Counted from the stretch's first letter, positions 9,260-18,938 are shown. The stretch: DNA of 64,000 nt from Candidatus Woesearchaeota archaeon (GCA_018302135.1 JAGWAE010000002.1:11803-75802); one strand, 5' to 3'. The notes: generated by a model not told the origin, from the letters alone. Numbers and translations: made by a program.

Positions 9260-10433
9260 TTTTTATATCCTCTATTTTTAGGTTTACTGGAGAAATATTT
9301 CTTAATTCCTGTACTATTTTAGGAATTATTTGTAAAACATAATCTATTTCTTCTTTTGTTGTATTTTTGCTTAAAGAAAATCTTATACTACCATGAGCTG
9401 CTTCGTATGGTCTACCTAGCGCTAGAATAACATGACTAGGATCTAGAGATTTAGATGTACATGCTGAGCCCGAAGAAGCACAAACCCCTTCAGAATCTAA
9501 TTTTAGCAAAACTGCTTCCCCCTCTATATTTAAGAAAGTAATATTAACGTTATTTGGTAATCTTTTTTCATTATCACCATTTAGGATTGTGTTTTCTATT
9601 TTTAATAAATTTTCAATAAAATAATCTCTTAATGGTGTTAATTTCTTTTTGTAATCTTCTTTTCCTTTTTGTGCTATTTCTAAAGCTTTTGCAAAACCTA
9701 CTATGGCTGCAATATTTTCTGTACCAGATCTTAAATTGAATTCTTGACCCCCACCATGAATTAATGGCTCTATTCTTATACCTTCTTTTTTATATAAACA
9801 GCCCACTCCTTTCGGGCCATAAATTTTACTTCCATTAATGCTTAATAGATCTACATTTAAATCCTGAACATCTAAAGATTCTGAATTTGCTGCTTGACAT
9901 GCATCAGTATGGAATAAAATATTATTTTCTTTTGCTATTTTTGCTATTTCTTTTATTGGTTGAATTGTTCCGATTTCATTGTTAGCATACATAACACTAA
10001 TTAAAATTGTTTCTTTTTTTATTGCATTTTTTATTTTCTCTGGGTTTACAATTCCATTGGGTTCTACTGGAACATAAGTAACTTCAAAACCTTGTTTTTC
10101 TAAAAATTCTAAAGTGTCTAAAACAGCATGATGCTCAATAGTAGTAGAAATTATATGTTTTCCTTTATTTTTTAATTTATTTACAACTCCTTTTATCGCT
10201 AAATTAACACTTTCTGTTCCAGAACCAGTAAAAATTATTTCATCTGAATGACAATTTAATATTTTGGCAACTTTACTTCTAGAAAGATTTAATGCATGGG
10301 CTGCTATCAATCCTTTAGCGTGCATACTTCCCGCGTTACCATATTCGATTTGGAAATATCTGTGCATTTCCAAATAAACTAATGGATCTACTGGAGTAGA
10401 TGATGATGTATCTAAATATATTGTTCTGTTCAT
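9252..10433 (-). CDS. iscS: Cysteine desulfurase IscS/NifS (PLP-dependent)
   Basis: Class V aminotransferase fold. Active-site loop SSGSACTS, PLP-lysine region SINGSKIYGPKG. Confidence 0.9.
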   Translation of the reverse strand: MNRTIYLDTSSSTPVDPLVYLEMHRYFQIEYGNAGSMHAKGLIAAHALNLSRSKVAKILNCHSDEIIFTGSGTESVNLAIKGVVNKLKNKGKHIISTTIEHHAVLDTLEFLEKQGFEVTYVPVEPNGIVNPEKIKNAIKKETILISVMYANNEIGTIQPIKEIAKIAKENNILFHTDACQAANSESLDVQDLNVDLLSINGSKIYGPKGVGCLYKKEGIRIEPLIHGGGQEFNLRSGTENIAAIVGFAKALEIAQKGKEDYKKKLTPLRDYFIENLLKIENTILNGDNEKRLPNNVNITFLNIEGEAVLLKLDSEGVCASSGSACTSKSLDPSHVILALGRPYEAAHGSIRFSLSKNTTKEEIDYVLQIIPKIVQELRNISPVNLKIEDIKNV

Positions 10434-10636
10434 TTTTCTATTAATTTGTTTAACTCCTTAATTATTTGTTCAACTTCTTCTTTTGTTTTACCGTGTCCAC
10501 GCAATCCTTGTTCGATTGTTTCAAAACTAGCCCCGAAACAACCAACACAATGAACTCCAGAATCTAATAAAAAGTCTGCTGTTTCAGGATATGTTGTTAT
10601 ACATTCTCCGATTAACATATTTTTAGTTATTTTCAT
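10430..10636 (-). CDS. DUF1858-family small redox-disulfide protein
   Basis: MKITKNMLIGECITTYPETADFLLDSGVHCVGCFGASFETIEQGLRGHG matches the CxGC redox-disulfide domain architecture. Start trimmed to 10636 (MKIT); the longer ORF-track start overlaps the upstream gene. Confidence 0.65.
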   Translation of the reverse strand: MKITKNMLIGECITTYPETADFLLDSGVHCVGCFGASFETIEQGLRGHGKTKEEVEQIIKELNKLIEK

Positions 10637-11003
10637 TTTCAAAACAAAAATTACACTCCTTTGGAACATTATCATATAATCTATGAATATCACATATTGT
10701 AGATGTTTTTTTTATCTTACTTGAAATTTTATATAACTCCTTGTGCAAAGTTGAAGATTTCTTAATTATCTTACTTGTTGAATTATTTATTTCTTTTTTA
10801 ATCTCTTCTTTAAATTTTGTTGAACCACGTTTTTCGCTTAAATATTGAGAGACTGCTGCGGGCGTTATATTTAACATTTTAGCAATTTCTTTTTGCTGTA
10901 TTTTGTTTCTAGCTAAAGCTACTGCAAATTCTTTTCTTAATGATGGAAGTATATAACGTACTTCTATTTCTTGTGGCATTAGTTTCATAAAATTAATTAA
11001 CAA
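10623..11003 (-). CDS. HTH transcriptional regulator with C-terminal Cys cluster (C-x9-C-x2-C), first gene of the isc operon
   Basis: HTH segment QKEIAKMLNITPAAVSQYLSEKRG. C-terminal CDIHRLYDNVPKECNFC. Not an obvious Rrf2/IscR. Confidence 0.55.
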   Translation of the reverse strand: MLINFMKLMPQEIEVRYILPSLRKEFAVALARNKIQQKEIAKMLNITPAAVSQYLSEKRGSTKFKEEIKKEINNSTSKIIKKSSTLHKELYKISSKIKKTSTICDIHRLYDNVPKECNFCFENENN

Positions 11004-11079
11004 TAGTTAATTTATAAAACTTTTGTTTTGGATAAATTTAAAAGTAGTTGAGTTTTAATTATATCGGGGGTGTTAATCT

Positions 11080-11385
11080 ATGAGTGCTTTGAGTGAATTT
11101 AAAGAATTTATAAAAGAATACAAAGTTTTAGGATTGGCTATTGCTTTCATTATGGGTGTAGCAGCGACTACATTAATTAAATCTTTAGTTGATAATGTTA
11201 TAATGCCAATAATAACTCCATTTATACCGGGTGGTGCTTGGCAAACTGCAACATTTAATTTGGGGCCAATTGTGATTGGGTGGGGTCCATTTTTAGCAGC
11301 AATAATCAACTTCGTGATAATAGCTTTAGTAGTATTTGTAATGGCTAAGAAATTGATGAAAGAAGAAAAAGTTGAGAAGAAATAA
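11080..11385 (+). CDS. mscL: Large-conductance mechanosensitive channel MscL
   Basis: N-terminal FKEFIKEY...GLAIAFIMGVAATTLIKSLVDNVIMPII matches the MscL signature. Two TM helices. 101 aa. Confidence 0.85.
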   Translation: MSALSEFKEFIKEYKVLGLAIAFIMGVAATTLIKSLVDNVIMPIITPFIPGGAWQTATFNLGPIVIGWGPFLAAIINFVIIALVVFVMAKKLMKEEKVEKK

Positions 11386-11417
11386 TTTTATAAACTTCTT
11401 TTACTTTTTTTATTTAT

Positions 11418-12605
11418 ATGAAAAAATTGGTGATGTTAGTAATATTAATTATTTCTATAAATATTAGTTTCGCGGAAGAAATTAATATTCCAGAAACGTT
11501 CACAGCTGAGACAAGTGTTAATGAAGTTACTACGTATTATTACGCAGGAGATAAATTGCTTGCATCTGAAAATAATAATATTGTTACATATCATTACCAA
11601 GATAGATTAGGTAGTGATGTTAGTTCTAAAACACTACCTTTTGGACAAGAGATTGTTTCTTCTGAAAGATTTTCATTTACTGGGAAAGAGTTGGATTCTG
11701 AATTATATTATTTTAATGCTAGGTATTATGATTCTGATTTAGGAAGATTTACTTCTGTGGATCCTGTGCAAGATAATCATCCTTATGCTTATGTTGCAAA
11801 TAATCCTATGAATTATGTGGATCCTGATGGTCGTGAAATCCATGCTTATACATGGACAGTCGATGGTGTGTCCAAAACTATTGATTATACTGTTGAAGGT
11901 GGTGCCAATGTAGCTGATTATATTAAAATGATGGATGAAATTCGTCAATTTTCCCCTAGATTTTTTGGAAAATCTACTAATAGGTATGTTTTTGGTGCTG
12001 CGATTAGTGAATATGATAAAACATTAAATGTTGTTCATGTTAGTGACCCTTGGGATTTAATTCATGAAATGATGCATTCTATTGCTACGCCAGATATTGA
12101 AAGAGGACTATTAACTGAATTTGCATCATATAGTTGGGAAGAGGAATTTTTCAAATATATGGAGAATGTAAAGGGTGTTGTGCCACAGGGTAGAACTCCT
12201 TTATCAATGGCTGCTGCTGAAGGCCCGCAAAATTTTTATGAAGCATTTAGAAAAAGTTCCTATATGCAAAGTTATCCTGAACTTACGGAGACATTTTTGA
12301 AAAAAGATCTTGCTCGTATAATCAAAATATTTAGTTCAGAATCTCTTGGGTTGGTTGGAGATTCTTATGATATTACTTATGGATATACCCACCCTGAAAT
12401 ATTATCACAAGAATGGTCTTCTGGACAACTCTTTTTAGAACATTATCAATCTTTTGGTGGTATGGGTGCACAATTACATCAAAGAGCTTTTGCTAGCTTG
12501 AGTGCTTGGGCCGTTACTATGGGTGAGATGACAAGTAGAATTGTTCAAGAAATTGGTGCTGCAGGTGGCAAACAGGCTTTAGGAAGAGAGAGTTATATTC
12601 AGTGA
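11418..12605 (+). CDS. Secreted RHS repeat-associated core domain protein with C-terminal HExxH zinc-metallopeptidase-like toxin domain (polymorphic toxin, short form)
   Basis: Signal peptide MKKLVMLVILIISINISFA. RHS core hallmarks: YYYAGDKLL...YHYQDRLGSD...PFGQE...FTGKELDSELYYFNARYYDSDLGRFTSVDPVQDNHPYAYVANNPMNYVDPDG. Variable C-terminus contains IHEMMHS (HExxH). Confidence 0.8.
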   Translation: MKKLVMLVILIISINISFAEEINIPETFTAETSVNEVTTYYYAGDKLLASENNNIVTYHYQDRLGSDVSSKTLPFGQEIVSSERFSFTGKELDSELYYFNARYYDSDLGRFTSVDPVQDNHPYAYVANNPMNYVDPDGREIHAYTWTVDGVSKTIDYTVEGGANVADYIKMMDEIRQFSPRFFGKSTNRYVFGAAISEYDKTLNVVHVSDPWDLIHEMMHSIATPDIERGLLTEFASYSWEEEFFKYMENVKGVVPQGRTPLSMAAAEGPQNFYEAFRKSSYMQSYPELTETFLKKDLARIIKIFSSESLGLVGDSYDITYGYTHPEILSQEWSSGQLFLEHYQSFGGMGAQLHQRAFASLSAWAVTMGEMTSRIVQEIGAAGGKQALGRESYIQ

Positions 12606-12757
12606 AGAGGATAATTTTTTAAAGTAATTTTTGTATATTTGTTAATTTAATAATAACTAGGATGAAATTGGTGTAAGAGGAATTGCTCCGAAATACTTGA
12701 ACCTTCTAGAATTTTTAAAAACATTTTAAGTGAAATAATGAGAATGTTAGAACAACG

Positions 12758-13012
12758 TTAAATTATTTTTTTATTTGTTTCTAAATCATAAATATGAATT
12801 ACATTAACAGGACAAGATCTTGCAGATTCTAAAATTTCTTTAAATTCATGTTCATCGATTTCTAAAACAAAAAATTCTTCATCTTCTTCTTTAGAACCAA
12901 TAAAATCTGCTTTACCGTCTTTGGCCATCTTAAATTTATTGGAAAAAATTGTACATGATGCTGCACCAATGCAACTCTCCCTATCATAGGTTACTTTATA
13001 TTTTTTTTTCAT
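12758..13012 (-). CDS. Small ferredoxin-like protein (mono-cluster 4Fe-4S type)
   Basis: YKVTYDRESCIGAASCTIF...ARSCPVNVIHIY, with Cys arrangement as in divergent 4Fe-4S mono-cluster ferredoxins. Confidence 0.6.
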   Translation of the reverse strand: MKKKYKVTYDRESCIGAASCTIFSNKFKMAKDGKADFIGSKEEDEEFFVLEIDEHEFKEILESARSCPVNVIHIYDLETNKKII

Positions 13013-14367
13013 TTTTTAGTGTGTAAATTTATTGGTCTATGAAAATATCTATGTGGGAACGAAGAGACTACTTTAATTAATAAATCTTTCGAAGATATTT
13101 CTTCTCTAACTTTTATATCTTTCAATTTTGGGAGGAATATTAGTGCTGCTATTAATCTCATTAATGCACCCAACAAAAGAATGATTATATATTTTGACCA
13201 AAATATTGAGCTAATTGAAGACAAATTTAATTCTAAAGCTAATTTTATTATATATGCACCAATTAAACTTCCAATAAATATGAATACCCCACTTATGAAA
13301 TTATAATATGCAAAAGCGGCAACTCTTTTTTCTTTTGTAGTTGTTTCTAACATAAAATTAATTGAAGAAACAGTAAAGCCTGCCCATAAGAAACCACCTA
13401 CTACCTGAGTTAGTATTAAGATAGGTAAACTCTTTGAAAAAGCTAACAATACTGGTACAATGGGTAATAAGTAACCCGTTAATTTTAATATTTTTAGTGG
13501 GCCGTATTTATCTATAAAACTACCCCATATTGGCAAAAAAGCTAATTCAAATAATAATGAAGTTGCTGTGAACAAAACGTATTGCAAATAACTAAAATGT
13601 AAATCTTTAAACAAATAAGCGATTATATATGGAGAAGTTATATATAAACCAAAGTACATAAAGGATAAATAAGCAATTATTACATTGAAATAACCTAGCT
13701 TATATCTTTTTTTGAATTCCTTTAAAAATTGTTTAAATGAAAAGTTGTCTTGTTTTTTTATCTTCAATTTTGGCTCATATTGTTTTGATAAAAAGTAAAC
13801 TGAAATCAATCTTGCAATTACTGCTATGATGAATATTACTGCAAATCCTGCATACTCATTCACAAAATTATCTTTAGCATAGGTTAAAATGAAACCTGCA
13901 ATTATAAATGATACAAACATTGTTGAACTTGCTACTAATTGTCTGTTTGAGAAAAATTTACCTCTTATTTTTTCTGGAACTAAATCTCCAATCCAGCTAA
14001 CCCAAATAGGATTTGAGAGCCAACCAAATATAGAGTACAATGTTACCAATAATGTTAATAAAGTTAATCTATAACTTTCTATGTGATATATTAAAATAAT
14101 AGGTAATATCATTAATCCTTGCAAGAAAACTAAAGCTAAAACTGATTTTTTTCTTGATTTAAATTTGTGCATTAAATTTATTGAAAATAACTGCATTATT
14201 GAGGCAATTAAAATTGGGAATGTTGCTAAGATACCTAGTTGGAAATCCGTTGCATTTAATAACAATGCGTAGGCTGCAAAATAATATTCACCAAAACCAT
14301 ACATTGCATAATAGGCAGCTCCATCAAGAACAGAATATCTTAATGCAGATTTCACCCTTTTTTCCAT
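13009..14367 (-). CDS. MFS-type membrane transporter
   Basis: 452 aa, about 12 predicted hydrophobic helices. Typical MFS loop between TM2 and TM3. Confidence 0.7.
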   Translation of the reverse strand: MEKRVKSALRYSVLDGAAYYAMYGFGEYYFAAYALLLNATDFQLGILATFPILIASIMQLFSINLMHKFKSRKKSVLALVFLQGLMILPIILIYHIESYRLTLLTLLVTLYSIFGWLSNPIWVSWIGDLVPEKIRGKFFSNRQLVASSTMFVSFIIAGFILTYAKDNFVNEYAGFAVIFIIAVIARLISVYFLSKQYEPKLKIKKQDNFSFKQFLKEFKKRYKLGYFNVIIAYLSFMYFGLYITSPYIIAYLFKDLHFSYLQYVLFTATSLLFELAFLPIWGSFIDKYGPLKILKLTGYLLPIVPVLLAFSKSLPILILTQVVGGFLWAGFTVSSINFMLETTTKEKRVAAFAYYNFISGVFIFIGSLIGAYIIKLALELNLSSISSIFWSKYIIILLLGALMRLIAALIFLPKLKDIKVREEISSKDLLIKVVSSFPHRYFHRPINLHTKK

Positions 14368-14420
14368 GCATTGAATAATTGAATTTTTATTTTATAAACT
14401 TAACTGAGAAATAAAAAAAT

Positions 14421-14438
14421 AAGAACCTAAAGGTTCTT
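14421..14438 (-). terminator. Hairpin AAGAACC-TAAA-GGTTCTT followed on the minus strand by a T-rich tract
   Basis: Perfect 7-bp inverted repeat overlapping the stop of the small acidic ORF; oligo-T follows on the minus strand. Confidence 0.35.
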
Positions 14439-14601
14439 AGTTTTCATCAGACTCATCATCAGAGCCTTTATCATCATCTTCTTCTATATCATCATCAAAA
14501 TCATCTTCTTCATCTTCGAATTCTTCTTCTGCTACTTCTTCTTCGAATTCTTCTTCAACATCTTCTTCTAGTTCTTCTTTCTTCTTTTCAAAACTTTTCA
14601 T
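14437..14601 (-). CDS. Small highly acidic protein (54 aa, about 65% Asp/Glu): MKSFEKKKEELEEDVEEEFEEEVAEEEFEDEEDDFDDDIEEDDDKGSDDESDEN
   Basis: Strong SD (GGAGGTG) 8 nt upstream of ATG. Not in the ORF track (under 60 aa). Confidence 0.5.
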   Translation of the reverse strand: MKSFEKKKEELEEDVEEEFEEEVAEEEFEDEEDDFDDDIEEDDDKGSDDESDEN

Positions 14602-14684
14602 CTAACGCACCTCCAATGATTTAAAACCGGGTTGTAATCAACTATTTATAAAGTTTTTGTATATTAAAAAAGAAATAAAAATAG

Positions 14685-15473
14685 TTAGGATTTGTTCCAA
14701 ACCATTTCAAATAGATTTTCTAATGCACCAGCAAAATATGGAGCATTTACCCAGATACCTAAGTCATAAGTTGGGTGTACATCTTTGTCATCCATTACCA
14801 TAAACATTATTTCCTTGCCGTCTACAATGCAGAATCTTGCGTTAACATTCTTAACATCTTTTACTGTAGCATAACTTTTCATTTCTGACATTGGTATTTC
14901 TTTAGTCATTGGAGCAGCTATTTTTACTTTAACGCCTTTCTTTGTTAATTTAGCTAATGTTGGCTGTAATGCTTCAATCTTTCTTAAAACACCTTTAGAT
15001 GTAGTCATTATTGTTACTGATTTTTCAGCTTTCTTTATCATGGTTTCTAAGTGAGCATATAAATTATGTCTTCCACGTATTGCACCGGATAAATCTGCAG
15101 GCTCTACAAACTCTATACCTTGTGTAAACAATGTGTTTAATTCAGATAGCGCGTCGTTTTCATTTAAATCTTTTAATTTTTGCATATTTTTTTCTGCTTC
15201 TTCTTTCACTGTTTTCTTTAATCTTTCAACTACTTCTTTAGGTTCCACTGCAAGATATTGTATTGGTTTGCCCAATTTCATTACTACAAAACCTTTTTTC
15301 TCCAAAGATTCTAAAACGTCATATGCTCTTGATCTTGGTACATCACCAATTTCAGAAAGTTCACCTGCTGTTGCTTTACCTCTTGAAAGTAAAGCTGTCC
15401 ATATTCTTACCTCATAAAGGTTCAAACCAAAAAATTGTCTTAATTTTACCAAAAAATCGTCTTTGACGATCAT
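14685..15473 (-). CDS. TrmB-family transcriptional regulator
   Basis: N-terminal wHTH RIWTALLSRGKATAGELSEIGDVPRSRAYDVLESLEKKGFV plus a C-terminal TrmB-like domain. Confidence 0.75.
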   Translation of the reverse strand: MIVKDDFLVKLRQFFGLNLYEVRIWTALLSRGKATAGELSEIGDVPRSRAYDVLESLEKKGFVVMKLGKPIQYLAVEPKEVVERLKKTVKEEAEKNMQKLKDLNENDALSELNTLFTQGIEFVEPADLSGAIRGRHNLYAHLETMIKKAEKSVTIMTTSKGVLRKIEALQPTLAKLTKKGVKVKIAAPMTKEIPMSEMKSYATVKDVKNVNARFCIVDGKEIMFMVMDDKDVHPTYDLGIWVNAPYFAGALENLFEMVWNKS

Positions 15474-15581
15474 ATTATTAACCCCCTAAGGAAACACCCT
15501 TTTTTTTATTTACTGTTAAATGATATAAACTATCACTAGATGGTACGTTATCACTATATAAAGATTATTGTTTTCGAGAGA

Positions 15582-17387
15582 TTATTTTTTTTGTTGTGAG
15601 TGATAATATTTTATACGCTTCAAAGTTTCTATGTTTTTAATTGATTTATCTAAACGAACTCTTATTGCTCTTGGAAATCTTAAGGCAAATCCAGAATTAT
15701 AAGTTGGTGATTTTTGTAGTTCTTCATAATTTATTTCTAAAACTAAATAAGGTTTAAGTTTTACTTCTTTTCCTTTCTCTGAAATTATTTTTGGTCTTAA
15801 TATTTTTGTTAATTCTGCGAAACTTAACTCATCATCTTTTTCTTTAAATCCAGTTCCTACTTTACCAACTTCTAAAAATTTACCGTTATCTATACAAGAC
15901 AAAGTAAATGAGCTTAAAAATTTAGCACGTTTTCCTTCACCCCATTCTGCTCCAGTTATAACTAAATCTAAAGTTTCTTTTACTGGTTTATGTTTTAACC
16001 AACCACCTACTCTTCTACCGGGGACATATTTAGATTGTAAACTTTTAAGCATTATTCCTTCGTTACCTTTTGCTAAAGATTTCTTGTAGAACTCTTCAAT
16101 TTCTTTAGGATCTGAAGTTATTAATTTTTTTGTGAGAACTATTTTATGCTTTTCTTCTTTGACTATTTTTTCCAAAATTTTTCTACGTTCTTCTTGAGTC
16201 AAATCTATTAATACTTTTCCATCTTTGTAAATTATATCAAAAGCATTTATTTCAACTTTAATATGTTCAGCTGTTTTTTCTATGTGGTGTTTTCTTTTAA
16301 TTCTTTGAGATATATTTTGAAAAGACAAATACATATCTGTTTTTGAATCAACACCAACTAATTCTGAATCTAATATAAAATCATCTGCGTTTACATGAGA
16401 GGTTATTATTGGGATTATTTCTTGGAACTGTTTTGTTACATTTTCTAGTCTTCTCGTAAATAATTTTACTTCTTTTCCTTTTTTGTGAATCTGCAATCTA
16501 AATCCGTCTAATTTATGTTCTGCTTGTAATGGGCTACCAACTGCTTCAAGTGCTTGTTCTATACTTTCAGCTTTTATTGCTAGCATTGGATTAACTGGTT
16601 TACCAACATGCATTTTTAGTGTGTGTAATTTGTTATGTTTTGCAGCCAAAGCAACTTCTGAAAAATCATTTGTTAAATTATATGACTCTTCAATTTGTGA
16701 AATAAAATAATTATATATTTCTCTTGCTAGTTCTTCTGAGCTTGCTTCTAATGCTTCATAATTAGATAAGTTTAGTTTTTTTAACTCTGCCATTGATGAA
16801 ACTAATTTTGCTTTTTCTTGGTTAGAGTTAATTCCTTTTATTCTTGGAAAATATGTCCAGGTAACGGCATCTCTTAATACACCATCTTGAACTCCAATTC
16901 TTAAATCTTCTATTACAGTCCTTGCAATATATTTTGCTTCAAGTGGAGTAGCGGAAGTGATTAATTCTGTGACTAATTGTATTTTTTTAGAAACAGTTCC
17001 TTTTCCTTCTAACTCTGAAAGTTTCATTAAATTTTCAAAAACTTTGGTTACTGTGAGTTTTTTTGAGAATAATGTAGTTTGTTTTTTGTTTTTTATTATA
17101 GATTCAACTACTGTTCCTAAATCTCCTTTTGTGGCCCATTCTTTTTCAATTGCATGTATTGTAGCTCCAGTAGACGAATTAATTGTTTTTAGTATTGATT
17201 GTGAGCTCATTCCAATTTTTCTTTCGTCCCATTTTGGAAAAACTGTGCCTTGTAATAAATAAATTACTTTTTCTAATAAATCATTTGGTGTTTTTTTCAA
17301 TAATTTTGAGATTATCTCTGTTTTTTCTAACCTTTTTGGTGTTGATTCTAATTTTGAGTATACTTGAGCAAGTACGGAGTAATCCAT
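15582..17387 (-). CDS. lig: ATP-dependent DNA ligase (archaeal/eukaryal type)
   Basis: Motif I AEHKLDGFR (KxDG adenylation lysine). 601 aa with DNA-binding, adenylation and OB domains. Confidence 0.9.
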   Translation of the reverse strand: MDYSVLAQVYSKLESTPKRLEKTEIISKLLKKTPNDLLEKVIYLLQGTVFPKWDERKIGMSSQSILKTINSSTGATIHAIEKEWATKGDLGTVVESIIKNKKQTTLFSKKLTVTKVFENLMKLSELEGKGTVSKKIQLVTELITSATPLEAKYIARTVIEDLRIGVQDGVLRDAVTWTYFPRIKGINSNQEKAKLVSSMAELKKLNLSNYEALEASSEELAREIYNYFISQIEESYNLTNDFSEVALAAKHNKLHTLKMHVGKPVNPMLAIKAESIEQALEAVGSPLQAEHKLDGFRLQIHKKGKEVKLFTRRLENVTKQFQEIIPIITSHVNADDFILDSELVGVDSKTDMYLSFQNISQRIKRKHHIEKTAEHIKVEINAFDIIYKDGKVLIDLTQEERRKILEKIVKEEKHKIVLTKKLITSDPKEIEEFYKKSLAKGNEGIMLKSLQSKYVPGRRVGGWLKHKPVKETLDLVITGAEWGEGKRAKFLSSFTLSCIDNGKFLEVGKVGTGFKEKDDELSFAELTKILRPKIISEKGKEVKLKPYLVLEINYEELQKSPTYNSGFALRFPRAIRVRLDKSIKNIETLKRIKYYHSQQKK

Positions 17388-17544
17388 AGGATTTATTTTA
17401 AATTATATAATATAAATGTTTTGATTAAAATAATTCAATAAACATAAAGCTTAAATACTCATGTTTATCACAAAATTTATAGTAATACGGAAGAAGAGTA
17501 ACGGGCCGTAAAGGAAACGAATTCTTTTATCCAAGTATTATGAA

Positions 17545-17892
17545 TTGGAGGAAAATAATATGGAAGGAAGCGTAAAATGGTTTAATGTAAGAAAGGGTTT
17601 TGGTTTTATTAGTGGGGAAGATGGCCAAGATTATTTTGTTCACTTTAGTGCATTAAAGAAAGGTACATTCATAAGGGAGAATGACAGAGTATCATTCGAA
17701 GCTGTTGAAACTGATAAAGGTAAACAAGCTAAAGAAGTAGTTCTCCTTCAAAAGGGCAGTGAAATAGCTGGCGGAAGCGATAAAAAACAGTCCGATGAAG
17801 AAGAATATTCTGAAGATGAAGTAACAGAAGACGAAGTATCAGAAGATGAAGAAACATCTGAAGATGAACAAGAAGTAGAAGAAGAATTTTAA
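17545..17892 (+). CDS. Cold-shock domain protein (CspA-like) with acidic Ser/Glu/Asp-rich C-terminal tail
   Basis: GSVKWFNVRKGFGFISGEDGQDYFVHFSAL carries the RNP1/RNP2-like motifs of the cold-shock domain. C-terminus EEYSEDEVTEDEVSEDEETSEDEQEVEEEF. Good SD (GGAGGA). Confidence 0.8.
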   Translation: MEENNMEGSVKWFNVRKGFGFISGEDGQDYFVHFSALKKGTFIRENDRVSFEAVETDKGKQAKEVVLLQKGSEIAGGSDKKQSDEEEYSEDEVTEDEVSEDEETSEDEQEVEEEF

Positions 17893-17952
17893 TTCTTTTC
17901 TTTTTTTTAATTTATAAAAAAGTTTAAAAACAATTAAGCATTTAATATTTCT

Positions 17953-18498
17953 ATGGATGTTGATAGATGTATACAAACAAGAAGGTCCGTGAGAAAATAT
18001 TTATCAAAAAAAATTAGTTGGGACAAATTAAAAGAGATATTAGACTCTGCTAGATATGCACCTAGCGCAGGTAATCTTCAAAATTGGAGATTTATAGTTG
18101 TTCAAGATTCAGATTTGAAAAAAAGAATTTCTCAATTGTGTTCTGATCAAACCTGGATTAATGGGGTGCCAGTATTAATTGTTGTTTGTAGTTATGATAA
18201 AGATTTAAAAATTATGTACAGAGAAAAGTCTGAAACGTTTTCTATACAAAATACTGCTGCAGCAATAGAAAATATGTTATTAAAGGCTAATTCATTAAGC
18301 ATAGATAGTTGTTGGGTTGGTTCTTATAATGAAGATAGAATAAAAAGTATATTAAAAATACCAAATGAAGTTAGAATGGACGCTATTATTACTTTTGGTT
18401 ATGGTGCAGAAAAAGAAGAAATGCCGAAAAGAATAGATTTAAGAAATATTGTTTTTTATGAAGAATGGGGAGATTCTGGTAAACCTAAATCTTATTAA
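17953..18498 (+). CDS. Nitroreductase-family FMN oxidoreductase
   Basis: RRSVRKY...ARYAPSAGNLQNWRFIVV is the nitroreductase signature. Confidence 0.8.
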   Translation: MDVDRCIQTRRSVRKYLSKKISWDKLKEILDSARYAPSAGNLQNWRFIVVQDSDLKKRISQLCSDQTWINGVPVLIVVCSYDKDLKIMYREKSETFSIQNTAAAIENMLLKANSLSIDSCWVGSYNEDRIKSILKIPNEVRMDAIITFGYGAEKEEMPKRIDLRNIVFYEEWGDSGKPKSY

Positions 18499-18938
18499 CG
18501 TTTTCCTGTTGAACCAAAACCACCAATTCCACGTTGACTAGGAAATAATTCTTCAACTTCCATGATTTCTGCTATTTCATGTTTTGCTATTACCATCTGT
18601 GCAATTTTATCTCCTTTTTTTATTTCAAAGTCTTCATCACCGTGATTTATTATTACAATTCCTAGTTCTCCACGATAGCCAGAATCGATTGTTGCTGGAG
18701 AGTTTAAAACTGTAATTCTGTTTTTTAAAGCTAAACCAGACCTAGGTCTAATTTGTGCTTCAAAACCCATCGGTAATTCCATTTGTAAACCTGTTTTTAC
18801 TAAAATATGGTCACCTGGATTAATTACATAATCTTCTACTGAATGTAAATCTAAACCTGCATCACCATAATTCGCGTACTTCGGAATTACTGCATCCGGA
18901 TGTATTTTTTTTATTTTTAAAAGCATCATACTGCACAA
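18495..18938 (-). CDS. dut: dUTP diphosphatase (trimeric dUTPase)
   Basis: Motifs AGLDLHS, RPRSGLALK, IDSGYRGELGIVIINHG. Confidence 0.85.
   Translation of the reverse strand: MCSMMLLKIKKIHPDAVIPKYANYGDAGLDLHSVEDYVINPGDHILVKTGLQMELPMGFEAQIRPRSGLALKNRITVLNSPATIDSGYRGELGIVIINHGDEDFEIKKGDKIAQMVIAKHEIAEIMEVEELFPSQRGIGGFGSTGKR

Noticed and set aside
12606-12757. Possible immunity gene downstream of the RHS-core toxin
   Set aside because: Only trivial ORFs (7 aa or fewer) exist in the 150-nt gap before the convergent ferredoxin gene. No candidate immunity protein on the + strand.
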